A stretch of 64,000 nucleotides of DNA, from positions 30,380,001 to 30,444,000 of the forward strand of contig NC_043004.1 in NCBI RefSeq assembly GCF_006345805.1, in the 5' to 3' direction. Position numbers and translations under genes: made by a program. Origin of the DNA: Octopus sinensis. Lineage: Eukaryota. The notes beneath the pieces were generated by a model that made no database searches, was not told where the DNA came from, and saw nothing but the letters and a program-made list of their open reading frames with translations. This document shows positions 13,261 through 25,295 of the stretch, in pieces; positions within the stretch are counted from its first letter, which is position 1; every line of letters starts with the position of its first letter.

Positions 13261-13914
13261 GAGATTGTTTAATTTAATGAAATAATATTCAACTTGTTGA
13301 AATAACATTTATGAAACGAATTTAGATTTTTGGAGAGTTTCTGTTATGTGAGACAAATTGCAATGATGTCCATGCTGATTGCTCAGTTGGAAATATATAA
13401 ACTAGAGGTGAATATTTCAAGAAAGAAGCGAGGAGGAAGAGGAGGAGGAGGAGGATATAGCTGATGTTGAAGCTTGTTATTGGTAGTGTCGTTGTTTAGC
13501 CCCAGGCCATCTCTGATAGAGAGCTGACATGTGATCAGAAAAACATTCAAGTCACGAATGTCCTGTCTGTTTAGGAGTAAATGGGGCTACATGTGTCACT
13601 CCCTTATGTAAAATTGTAGTGTGTCCTTTGAGGGAGATCTTGATGTAGCTTCTAGAATGTGTCTAGGTTATACTAGAACACAATAGCTGATGCCTATAGA
13701 AGATAATTATTATTGATGCCTATACACCACAAGTACGGTATAAGTATGCTAAAGGCTATAGGAGATGTGCATGGAAGAGAGAATAGATGTATGTAAAAGA
13801 TTATATTAGATAGAAGACTATAAGGAAAGATTATAGATGATGTTTATAGAGGATGACTATAATAGGTATCCATAGAAGACAACTGTTACAAATGTTTATA
13901 AGTGCAAGCGTAGA

Positions 13915-14255
13915 TGTGTGGCACCTTGGGCAAGTATCTTCTACTATATAGCCTCAAGCTGTCCAAAGCCTTGAGAGTGGATTTAGTAGATGTAAACTGA
14001 AAGAAGCCCATTGTATACATGTATATATCTATGTGTGTGTCTTTGCGTCTGTTTGTCTTCCACCATTGCTTGACAATTAGTGCTGGTGTGTCCATGTCCC
14101 TGTAACTTAGCAGCTAAGCAAAAAGAGACTGACAGAATAGGTACCAGGCATATCAAAAGATAAGTACTGGGATTGATTCATTGGACTAAAAGGTCTTCAA
14201 AGTGGTGCCCCAGCATGGCCGGAGTCTAATGACTGAAGCATGTAAATGATAAAAG
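13915..14255 (+). mobile_element. Family B CORE-type SINE (5'-truncated)
   Basis: GTGGCACCTTGGGCAAGT..GAGTGGATTTAGTAGA..CCAGCATGGCC..GACTGAAGC. Confidence 0.75.
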
Positions 14256-14991
14256 ACAAGAAGATGTGCATAAAGAACTATAGTAAATGTGGATAAATGA
14301 ATAATTATATTATATAAGTATAGAAAAAAAAGCAATAGTAGACATCTATAAAATATAGTAAATGTATAGAGATAAAAACTATAGGAGACAGATCTTTATT
14401 GAAGAAAGCTAAATATATGGAAGGGGCTTATAGTAGTTGCATGTAGAGAATATTATAATACACGTCTATAGCAGAGTATAGAAGACTATAGAAAATGTGT
14501 TTAGAAAATTATAGTTACTCCATGGAAAACTATAGTAGAATGTTGACAAAGACTATAGTAGATGTATAAAGAAAAAGACTAGTAGACCTGTTTAAAAGAC
14601 TGTAGTTGGTGTGTATAGAAGATTATAACAGATGTGTATATAAGGGACTATAGTTGATGTTTATAAAAGAAAACTAAGGTAGATTTTTATAAAGTAATTT
14701 AGTGCAATAGTATATGTCTTTAGAAGACATGTATATAAAAGTACAGTTGATGAATATAGAAGAGTTTAGTTGATGTGCATAGAATGACTATAGTAGATTT
14801 GTATAGACTACTTCTATAGATGTCTATAGAAAGGGCTACATTTGATGTTTATAGAAAACTATAGCAAATCTCCTTAGACTAAAGCTATATAATATATGTA
14901 TAGCAAACTGTCAATGTTTAGAAAAGAATAAAGTAGATGCTGGAAAAATAAGTCTGTATAAGATATCTGTCTGTCTATCTATTTATAGGGA

Positions 14992-15300
14992 GTACTTCTC
15001 TATATAGGAGCTAGCTCATGTTATATTAAGCAGAGAATTGCCAATTATTTAAGTTCATTTAGAAATAGGGACAAAGTAAATACTACCAGCCTTAGTAAGC
15101 TAATTTGGGCACTAACAAATAGTAACAAAATATTTTTGATTGCTTGGGAAAGAATTAGTGAGGCAAAACCTGATGGAATAGGTAATAATAGATGTGGAAG
15201 AAATTTACCAAATTTTCACTTCTAAATTTACTCTTATAAACACTAGACAAGAACAGGCTATGAGATGTACACATGGACAGAATATACATTTAAACAATTT
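14992..15300 (+). pseudogene. Penelope-like element GIY-YIG endonuclease C-terminal fragment
   Basis: Frame from 15001: YIGASSCYIKQRIANYLSSFRNRDKVNTTSLSKLIWALTNSNKIFLIAWERISEAKPDGIGNNRC; after a frameshift, EEIYQIFTSKFTLINTRQEQAMRCTH. Matches the PLE pattern YIG..FKxR..NH..SF..T.LS.YIW..W..RC..E..LLN.R.E..CRH. Confidence 0.85.
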
Positions 15301-15673
15301 GAATAAACATAACTTACCATCTATAGTAATTACATTAGCTCAAATAATGATTGTGATAATAAATATTTATGCAAATAATACTGATAAATATCATTATAAT
15401 AATAACAACAATAATATCAATTGAAGGTATAAAACCCAAATAAGTGAAATACCTCTGAATAAATAATGTACTCCATATAGCAAAATGTAAACAAAATTGA
15501 TACAATTAACTGTAATGTAGATAAACATTTTAAAACCACAATTCCACTGTAATATCAGTAGAGGTGTTTATACGACCAGAATTCTACTTGATTTAAAAGG
15601 TAATGCTATCACCTTCAACTGAATACCGACAGGGGATGTTTGTTTGAATTAGTTCACTTTGAAAACATCCTAA

Positions 15674-15769
15674 GTGATGGACCCTTGATGAAATTGCAGC
15701 GACTAGGATGCATAAATGCATACAAAGCAATGTGCAGTTGGTGCAGTAGAAACACACGTTGGTCATTGC
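15674..15769 (+). ncRNA. Type I hammerhead-like motif in the Penelope 3' end
   Basis: Stem I GTGAT-g-GACC / GGTC-ATTGC; core CTTGATGA; long stem II TTGCAGCGACT / AGTTGGTGCAG; GAAA (15749-15752); short stem III C-ACAC-G; cleavage triplet GTT (GTC expected); AATAAA downstream. Confidence 0.6.
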
Positions 15770-15849
15770 TAAATATGCTGAAGAAAACATTTTAATAAAA
15801 AAAACTTTGGATGTGAATAAATCTCCACTCTCCTCTTGGTCTTCAATCA

Positions 15850-16238
15850 TAAAGCCTTGCGAGTGGATTTGGTAGACAGAAACTGAAAGAAGCCGGTCAT
15901 ATATGTGTGTGTGTGTGTGTGTGTATGTGTGTGTGTGTGTACGTGCGTGCATGTGTGTGTGTGTATGTGTACATGGCTGTGCGCGTGCGTGCGTGTGTGT
16001 GTGTGTACGTGTGTGTGCACGTGTGCGTATTTGTGTGTCTGTGTTTCCCCCACCACTATTGCTTGACAACTGATGTTAGTATGTTTACGTCTCTGTGACT
16101 TAGAGATTCAGCAAAAGAGACTGATAGAATAAGTACTAGGTTTACAAAAACTAAGTCCTGGGGTTGAGTTATTTGACTAAAGGTGGTGCTCCAGCATGGC
16201 TGCAGTCAAATGACTGAAACAAGTAAAAGAATAAAGAA
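15850..16238 (+). mobile_element. Family B SINE (5'-truncated) with expanded internal (GT)n
   Basis: AAAGCCTTGCGAGTGGATTTGGTAGACAGAAACTGAAAG...CAAATGACTGAAACAAGTAAAAGA. Confidence 0.8.
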
Positions 16239-16699
16239 TATATATATATATATTTATATATATAAGAGGTTTAACATATTTGTGTGTAGAAGGCTGTACA
16301 AGATGGCTATATATAAGAGAACTATAGGTGATGTGTATGTATAGTACAAGTATTGTGGATGTCTATATAAGAGGAGTATAGTACAGGGTTATAGAAAAGT
16401 AGAGCAACAACTGTTCAGTAATAAGGTGTTTGATGATGGTGTACTGATGAAGTCCAGTAATAAGATGGTGATAGTTAAATAAATGCTACTATACTTCCTT
16501 GATAGTTAGTAGAGACTGAACTCAGCCAATAATATTTACTATGTAATGTTGTTCAGACAGTAATGAAGTGACACCACAAAAATGCAGAAACATGGGAAAC
16601 TATGCTCAAAGTTCTCACCAATGTATGAAATTGTATTAAAGGGGTTTACAGTATCATAACATCATGTTCAAGAATGATGATACATGGACTACTCTAATA

Positions 16700-16910
16700 T
16701 TGGTTTCAAATTTTGGCATAGGACCAGTGATTCTGGGGGATGGGGTATGTCAATAACACCAACCCAGTGTTCAACTGGTACTTATTTTATTGACCCCAAA
16801 AGTCAAAGTTGATCTCTGCAGAATTTGAATGCAAAATGTACAGAAATGTACAAACAAAATGCCACTAAGCACTTTGCCTAGTGTGCCAACAGTTTTGCCA
16901 GCTCACTGCC
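16700..16910 (-). mobile_element. Family A SINE
   Basis: GGTTTCAAATTTTGGCA..CAACTGGTACTTATTTTAT..GCCAGCTCACTGCC. Confidence 0.75.
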
Positions 16911-18156
16911 CTATGTACTACTCCAGCATTGCATTTAACTTGTAAAAACAACAGCCTAAGTTCCTTGTTAAGTTAGTCTATTGTTGGTGAATAATTATGA
17001 GTACTGCAGCAGCTGAAGTAAAGATTTATTGGTTCAGTCTTGGTGTTTAGTGGTTCAAACAATAACAAAGGAATATATGGTATGGAAATTACAAATGTAT
17101 TTATTAACACTGAAAAGTTTGATTTCACACCAAGTTACATGCTGTTCAAATATGAAAGTTTCTTGTCCTTACACTAGTTCTCCTCCACTCTTTAGTGTCA
17201 CAGAACTGTTAAATGTGATAATGGAATTAAATTTCTTTGATGAAGGCTGTAACAACTTAATTTGGATCCTCATGCAACAGATGGCATTTTAGCATTTCTT
17301 TGCTTCAATTGGACAAATTTGATTCTGAAAACTTCTCTCCCTTAACGTCTTAACCATCTTGGGGGCATTACCTCAACAGAGCATATTGTCCTGTTACAAT
17401 CCTCACCAGTGGTACACATTCTCACTTTCAGTTAGCCTTCCTATGAGGCTCATTTTAACTGAATGGCACACGAAATGGTGTATGTTTCTCTGCCAGATCA
17501 TGTACATTAATAATGCTATTTACACAATACATCAAGTATTCGATTAACTGGTAGAAGCCTGAGCATACACATAATATTTTTCCCTTAAAAACATTTATGT
17601 AACTAACTTTTATTTAATGTTCTATGTAGGAACATTAATTGTCTATGCATGAATTACTGTCCAAACACAATTTGTTATTTTACTCTCCACACATTTGCTG
17701 TCCAATTTTATCTTGTATTGATAGCCTTTATAAAAACAAATGCTGTTTAACTACTTCTACTTTTAACTCTAGTGCCACCATAAACTGGAAGAGTCCATTT
17801 TTATGGTGTCATATGGAAACACTCTATACCTAATTTCATTGCTATCTCTGAGAATCCCTTTATTTTCTAAACCACCAAGTTTGTACACAAACCCTTTGCA
17901 TTAATGCTTATAGCACTCAGATTGCATATACAGTGCAGGGGCCAAATAAAGCAAAGAAAAGGGTGCAACTTGTCTCTTGTTTTCATCCATCCCTTGAGTT
18001 AGGCAACATTCAGGTGACCAATACTGGCAATTTCATACTTGAGTAGAACAAAACTTTTGAGTAAAGTATATTCTATACATCTATGGAAGACTCATGTAAC
18101 TGTCAAATGAAGATTATAAAATACATGCATACATACTTATATATATATATATATAT

Positions 18157-20366
18157 AAGGCAATTAAAGATATGAAGACAAAGAAAGCTCCTGGGCCATC
18201 AAGAGTCACTGCTGAAATGTTTAAATATCTGGTAAAGTAGGATACAGTCTAGTCACCCATATAGTTAATCAAGTTATTCAGGAAGGCATAATTCCTAGGG
18301 TGGAGGTGCAATGGCCCAGTAGTTAGGGCAGTGGACTCGCGGTCGGAGGATCATGGTTTCGTTGTGTGTGTTTATTGAGCAAAAACACCCAAAGTTCCAC
18401 AAGGCTCAGACAGGGGGTGGTGGCGACTCCTGTTGTACTCTTTTGCCCCAACTCTCACTCTCTCTTCCTGTTTCTTGAGTAATGCTGCGATGGACTGGCG
18501 TCCCGTCCAGCTGGGGGAATGCATACACCACAGAAACCAGGAAACTGGACCCATGAACCTGGCTAGGCTTGAAAAGGGTGCATAAATAAATAAATAAAAA
18601 ATTCCTAGGGGACTAGTGCAGCAGCATCATAGTCGGCTGCTTCAAGAGCAAGGGAGATGCCTTAGATAGAAGTAATTATAATAGAGGCATCAAACTGCTG
18701 GACCATGTGATGCGAGTTGCAGAGAGAAATATAGCCCAATTAATAAGGGACAGAATTAGATTATAGATGAAATGCAGTTTAACTTTGTCCTGGGGAGAAG
18801 CACCACAGACATTATTTTCAGAGTCAGGCAACTGCAAGAGATGTATTTAGCTAAGAAAGAGCTGTCATACTTGGCATTTGTTGATCTGGAGAAAGCTTTC
18901 AAGAGAGTGTCTCATCCTGTGATATGGTGATCTCTGAGGACGCTAGGGGCAGATGGATGGCTTGTGAAAGCAGTTCAGGCCATGTATAAGGGTGCTGTTA
19001 GTAAAGTTATAGTTAATCCTGAATACTGTGATGAATTTAGTGTATAGGTGTAGATGTTCACTCAGGTTTGGTTCTCAGCCTCCTCTTATTCATCATCATC
19101 ATCCAGGCCATAAAACAAGAATGTAAGACTGGAAGTTCCATAAAAACTACTACATGCAGAGGATGTTGTCCTCATAGCCAAATCAGTAACAGAATCAGAA
19201 AAGAAATACCAGGCATGGAAACAAAACCTGAAAACAAACGATCTTAAAGTTAACTTAGCAAAGACCAAGGTCTTAGTAAGCAAGAAATCAAAAAGAACCC
19301 AACGTGCATCAGTTAAATGGTTCTACTCAATATGTAAGACGTGGGTAGGCAGAATTTCCAATTGATGTACCCAATGCAAGCTATGGATGCACAAGTTGTG
19401 CAGTGTAATAATAGGATGGTTAACAGAGAAAGTAGTGTTTGTATGTGGGAGATATACAGAAGCCATAAACACTACAGATACATGGGAAACTAATTTCCTC
19501 AAATGTTCTGAGGGATCTCTGGAAGTAGTAGATCATTTTTGCTACCTAGATGACCTAATTAGCAGAGGAGGAGGATGTACCGAAAGTGTAGTTGTTAGAA
19601 TAAGAATAGGATAGAGAAAATTCAGAGAGTTTTTACCTCTGTTGGCAATCTCTCTCTCAGAGTGAAAGGAAAATTGTATAATGCATGCATGTGAACTGCA
19701 ATGCTACATATTAGTGGGGGACCTGAATGCACAGGACATGCAAAGACTAGAGAAAAACAAAGCTGGTATGCTCCACTGGATGTGCAATGTCAGTGTACAT
19801 ATGCAACCTAGCACTAGTGTATTGATAGAAAATTTAAGCATAGGAGGAATTAGATGCAGTGTGCAAGAGAAAAGACTGCATTGGTTTGGTGATGTGGTGC
19901 ATATGGATGAGGACAGTTGCATAAAGAAGTGCCAATTGCTTAATGTGGGTGGAAGCTGAGTAAGAGGGAGACCCAGAAAGACATGGAACAAAGTACTGAA
20001 GGCCAATCTCGAAATGCTGAGCCTTACAAAGGAGAAGACCAAAGACTGAGATATATGGTGCACTTCTGTATTCAAGAAGGCCCACACATTACAACAGAAC
20101 TGATATCCTAAAACCAAAGTTCCACATAAAAAGCACTGGTACTGGTTCCATATAAAATGCACTAGCGATGGTGCCACGTAAAAGCACCCAGTACATTCAG
20201 TAGAGTGGTTAGTGTTAGGATGGGTATCAAGCTGTACAAACCAATCCAGAAGGGCATCAAGCCATAGAAATAGACTATGCAACCTGCAGTGGCCTCTGGC
20301 CTTGTCTGCACCTATCAAGCCATTCAACCCATTCTAGCATGGAAAACAAACATTAAATGATGATGA
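18157..20366 (+). mobile_element. Degenerate RTE-clade LINE: RT domain through 3' UTR and (TGA)n tail
   Basis: AIKDMKTKKAPGPSRVTAEM; GIKLLDHVMRV; DEMQFNFVLGRSTTDIIFRVRQLQE..LAFVDLEKAF; LLHAEDVVL (decayed YADD); LEVVDHFCYL; RLHWFGDV; GRPRKTW; many stops and frameshifts. Confidence 0.92.
18301..18600 (+). mobile_element. tRNA-derived SINE (family D, Meta-domain-like centre) nested in the RTE, with TSD
   Basis: ATTCCTAGGG at 18291-18300 and 18601-18610; A-box head; GCGATGGACTGGCGTCCCGTCCAG..GAAACC; (TAAA)n tail. Confidence 0.85.
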
Positions 20367-21742
20367 CATATACATACATCATTACACACACACACACACA
20401 TGGGAGAAAATGAACAAAGGTGTATAGTGGAAACTGGAGCTGAAGCATATAGAGATGATGTTAGATGTGTTTACAAGGCTATAATATATATTTATCGAAA
20501 ATTTAAAGTTAATGTGTGCAGAAAATGTGGAGAGAAGACTACAGAAGATGTTAAAAGAAGACTGGAGGTGTGTATAGAATACTGCAGTAGGCTAGAGTAC
20601 ATACAAAAATATTATAGAAAATTGAAGCAAAAATGATTATACTAGATGTGAATTGAGTAAGACTTCAAAAGGGATGCATAAAAGTGTATAGTATCTGTGT
20701 ATAACACAACAAAGTAGTTGTTTTTTTATTGAAAACAGTAATAGATGTCAGTAGTAAAAGTGGATATGTCTATAGAAATGTATAGTAGTTATGTAATGCC
20801 TTTATATGAGTATAAAAGAATAATCTATTGATATATAGAGAAGAGTGTAGTTGATGCTTACAGAGTTATATTGTAGTATCTATAAAAGTAGATTATATTA
20901 GGTTTATATAGGAGAGGATTACAGTAGGTGTACATAAATGACCATTGTGAATGTAGTAAATGTGTGTAGCAGATCACTATAGTAGATGTGTATATTATTG
21001 AAGTATACTAGCTGTATATGGAAATGGAATATTGTAGATGTATATAGAATAATAAAGGATATGTTCAGAGAAGAAGATTAAAATAGATGTTTATAGAAAA
21101 CCACATTAAATGACTAGAAAACTACATATTTTGAGATAACTAAAGTGTGTGTCTGTAGAAGATGATGATAGATGTCTATAGAAAAATATTGTAAATGTAT
21201 ATTAAGAAACTGTAAGAGATTATAGAAGACTATAAGAGATGAGTGTAGAAAATGAATGGTGTGTTTACATCCCCGTAACCTAGAAGTTTGGCAAAAGTGA
21301 CCAATAGAATAAGTACTAGGCTTACAATGAATAAGTCCTGGTATCGATTTGTTCAACTAAAGGCAGTGCTCCAGCATAGTCATAGTCCAAAGAATATGAG
21401 ATGTCAATGACTAATACAGACTTATAAGTAGGATCACTATAGTAGATTCCCATAGGAAATTGTAGTATGTGTGTAGAAGACTTCAGCAGATATAGTTAGA
21501 AAGATACAGAAGACTGTAGGTGATGTGTATAATAGAAAAATATTGTAAATGTCTACAGAAGAAAAGAGTGGAATCTATAGGAAACCATAGTAGATGAGCA
21601 TAGAAGAAAACTATAGGAGTGTATAGAAGAAATTTTTGTAGGTCTATAGAAATCTCTAGTAGAATTTTAAGACAAAGACAGTAGTAGTGTATAGAAGTTT
21701 ATGATAAATGTAGATAGCATAGAATATACACACACACACACA

Positions 21743-21800
<58 letters not shown>

Positions 21801-21858
21801 ACACACACATATCATTTGTAGAAAACATAAATCTGAAAGGATAAGCACACTCAAAATG

Positions 21859-22150
21859 TATCAAAAATGAGGAAGACTGGTTTATGGGATTACCTTAGGC
21901 TTCCTGTCCATAAAGGGTTTAGCTTTATGGTGTATCATCAGATCCCAAAACCTGTTGGCCCATGACCTCTTGAAAACATCTTTCTGTGGAGTAGCCGATT
22001 CAAATCTTTCCATATTTATGAGAGACCTGTGGCTTCCATAAGTATGTACAATATTTTGAATAGGTCATGGCCCAACAGGTTTTGGGATCTGACGATAAGC
22101 CACAGGAAATCTAAGGTAATCCCATAAACCGGCCCTCCCTATTTTTAATA
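21859..22150. mobile_element. MITE with long terminal inverted repeats, TA-flanked
   Basis: TATCAAAAATGAGGAAGACTGGTTTATGGGATTACCTTAG..ATCAGATCCCAAAACCTGTTGG mirrors CCAACAGGTTTTGGGATCTGAC..CTAAGGTAATCCCATAAACCGGCCCTCCCTATTTTTAATA. Confidence 0.85.
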
Positions 22151-22178
22151 TATATATGTATATATATGTATATATATA

Positions 22179-22562
22179 TCATCATCATCATCATCATCAT
22201 TTAGCGTCCGTTTTCCATGCTAGCATGGGTTGGACGGTTCTACTGGGGTCTGTGAAGCCAGAAGGCTTCATCAGGCCCAGTCAAATCTGGCAGTGTTTCT
22301 ACGGCTGGATGCCCTTCCTAACGCCAACCACTCCGTGAGTGTAGTGGGTGCTTTTTACGTGCCACCCTGTACTGGTGCCAGACAGAGCTGGCAAACGGCC
22401 ACGAACGGATGGTGCTTTTTATGTGCCACCGGCACGAGGGCCAGGCGAGGCTGGCAATGGACACGAAACGGGGCAGTGCTGGCAACGGTCGCGAAACGGA
22501 AAGTTCTCTTACATGCCACCAGCACTGGTAACACATCTGCCATTTCCATTGATCGATTTCGA
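22179..22562 (-). mobile_element. Family C SINE with internal sub-repeats
   Basis: (CAT)n TTAGCGTCCGTTTTCCATGCTAGCATGGG..GGCTGGATGCCCTTCCTAACGCC; same family as 32541-33843. Confidence 0.8.
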
Positions 22563-22575
22563 TTCATATATATAT

Positions 22576-22644
<69 letters not shown>

Positions 22645-23453
22645 TTTTTATATACTGATTGTAGACTATAGATGTATGTAGAAGGAGATTATAGTACATG
22701 TGTATAAAAGCTGCTGCAAGAGAGCAGTATAGCTCAAAACAAATGGTAGTTAAGCTGCTGTATCATGGCCAGTAAATTATGCTGCTTAATTATTCTGTAT
22801 AATTGTTCTTCATACCAATCCTCTGTAGGTGTTGGTAAAAATGCTATCAATCAGCAAATTATCAAATTCCAATATAAAATGAATGGGTGTGTACTATCAA
22901 GGTGAGACCCAGTGCCGTAAGCGCTACCACTTTTTCATGGAGGACACTGAGAGGCAGTGCATGCTGTATTTTTTATCATAACATAAAAAATTTATGCACA
23001 GCAAAACCCGTTATTGGATCGTTTCTTGAATAATTACAAATTCCATTGTGTTAGTAATAAGGAAGGTTCAATTTAGGACAGTAATGGTTTGAATGTTAAT
23101 CATGCAACCAATTGCATCACAGAATTCTCCATGGTTTGCAGTTAGCTGTCACTATAGTGGAATCTAGCAGTTTAGCAGCAGACTGTTTTTTCCATTGAAA
23201 GCAAAAAAACTTTTGTTGCAAAATTTTTTAAAGGAGTGTTGCTACAAAGAAATGTCACTGCAGTTTGCCATCGCTACACTAGCAAATTAGCTGATGTTAG
23301 TTAGTGTTGGTGCAGTTGTCAAGGAATATTGAATATAATGCAATCAAATCTGTGGGTCTGAGTTCAAATTCTTGGCACACTATCAACATCTATTTTATTT
23401 TAAAACAAGTGACTCAGTAAAGCTAGTTTTTGTATATACAAGGTATATACAAA

Positions 23454-23684
23454 GGTGGTGAGCTGGCAGAATCGTTAGCACGCCGGGCGAAATGCGTAGC
23501 CGTATTTCGTCTGCCGTTACGTTCTGAGTCCAAATTCTGCCGAGGTCGACTTTGCCTTTCATCCTTTCGGGGTCGATAAATTAAGTACCAATTACGCACT
23601 GGGGTCGATATAATGGACTTAATCCGTTTGTCTGTCCTTGTTTGTCCCCTCAGTGTTTAGCCCCTTGTGGGTAATAAAGAAATA
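23454..23684 (+). mobile_element. Young full-length family A SINE
   Basis: GGTGGTGAGCTGGCAGAATCGTTAGCACGCCGGGCG..; CpGs retained; flanking duplication GTATATACAA (23443-23452 / 23686-23695). Confidence 0.9.
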
Positions 23685-23690
23685 TGTATA

Positions 23691-23917
23691 TACAAGGTAG
23701 TGGGGGCTGAAAAGTTCCTGGCTTTGGGTAAAAGAAAATACAGGAGGATCAGTTAATTATGATTTTATTCAACATATATTCTCCACTGAATTTCATACAC
23801 TTATTGCAGTGGTCCTTCAGTTTTTCTAAGCCCTGTAAAAGGACTCAGAGGGTTGGGCCTCCAACCAGACTTTTCGCGATTCTCTTAACGCTAAGAACTT
23901 TTCAGTACCTCCTTGTA
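23691..23917. mobile_element. Mariner-type MITE
   Basis: TACAAGG..GCTGAAAAGTTCCTGGC / GCTAAGAACTTTTCAGTACCTCCTTGTA imperfect TIRs with TA ends. Confidence 0.8.
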
Positions 23918-24589
23918 TATAGAGGACTGAGAATAGTGTGAATCTATACCAAATGTGCATAGCAGAATGTCAATAGTAAATATCTGTATGTGTATCATCA
24001 TCTTCATTATCATCATCAATATTTAACATCCACTTTTCCATGTTGGCATGGGTCAGACGAAATTCACTGAGGCAGATTTTCTATAGCCAGCTGCCCTTCT
24101 TGTCACTAACCCTCATCTGTTTTCAAGTAAGGCAATATTTCCACACAGCTAGACATATTTTCACAAAGGACCAGAAAGGAACAATACTGCTTGCATGACA
24201 GTGTTGTTCATTTACAATTATCACTCATACAGCTGTGAGCAATCCGTTACCAAAAAGGAAAACTGAAATTGTTACTAAATTTGACTAGGGAGTTAAAACA
24301 CCTATATTGCTAGAAATAAGAGCTGAAAAACTCTAATGCTGTAGTTAGAGCACCTAATTGTTTGCATATGTATTGACAGAGTCTGTAATCCCCCAAAAAT
24401 GCCTGTTGAGAAAATGCCGGTTATATTTATTGACAATTACAGTTTTCATTTTTGGTAACACATTGCATGCAGTTGTCTATATTAATTTTTTGTATACACA
24501 TTAGAGATTTGGTAAATCCTCCATAGATTTTTATGGTGAATATATATGTACTGATGGAGAATTAAGCCCGGAATCACCAAATCAAGTGG

Positions 24590-24642
24590 TCCCTACTGAT
24601 GAAGCTATGGAATTAGCCAAAAGTGACGGATCAGTATAGGGA
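24590..24642 (+). ncRNA. Type I hammerhead ribozyme motif (mutated copy)
   Basis: Stem I TCCCTA / TAGGGA; CTGATGA 24596-24602; stem II aGCTA-tggaat-TAGCc; AAAA in place of GAAA; stem III gTGA-cgga-TCAg; cleavage triplet GTA 24634-24636. Confidence 0.75.
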
Positions 24643-24685
24643 ATTTCTCACCTGACATTTTCAGGTGATTAAAGTCCCTGCCAAT

Positions 24686-24741
<56 letters not shown>

Positions 24742-25237
24742 TATGCATATATGTATATGTGTATATATATAAACATATATATATATAAATGATCGCACAC
24801 CATGCATCTATTTCCAAGTAAGTTTTATCTTAATAATTACGATGCACATTCTTATTCTATCTCTATTCTTTTGATTTATCCCGTCTCTTGTCCTTCTTCC
24901 TTTGTGTTTTCTATCCCACCCTTTCCCTATTCTTCACCTTTCCTCTTCACTGTTCCCTCACTCCTCCTTGACTCGTTGCCCACATGTGCCCAATGGCTAT
25001 CCATCTTTCTTTCTTCCACTTCCTTTCTAAAGACAAGACGTGCTTTTACCTGTCTCTTCTCAAAGCTCGTTTTTCCAGCGTTCACCACTTCACATTGTCT
25101 TGGCTTAACAGTCCTCACCATTTGTTTTTACTGTTTCGTTCTCACTGTCCTGTTTTTGTTTCCACTTTAACCCTCTGCAAAATATCCCAAATTTTATTTA
25201 ATTTGTTTTGCAGGAAAGACTGCTTTAACAAAGTCAC

Positions 25238-25295
25238 GTCTTGTCCCTACCTTCAAAACGCGGAGTAGATAAAACAGGGGACAACTGATGAAGGG
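25238..25295 (+). ncRNA. Partial hammerhead-like motif (type II/III topology)
   Basis: GTC directly before TTGTCCC; its complement GGGACAA directly before CTGATGA; no properly placed GAAA found. Confidence 0.35.

Noticed and set aside
16436-16577. CTGATGA-AGTC...GACT-GAAC with TGGTGT/ACACCA flanks, hammerhead-like
   Set aside because: No GAAA or valid NTH, and the loops are very long; could be chance
23303-23380. tRNA-like stretch with B-box GAGTTCAAATTC
   Set aside because: No consistent cloverleaf; at best a decayed SINE head
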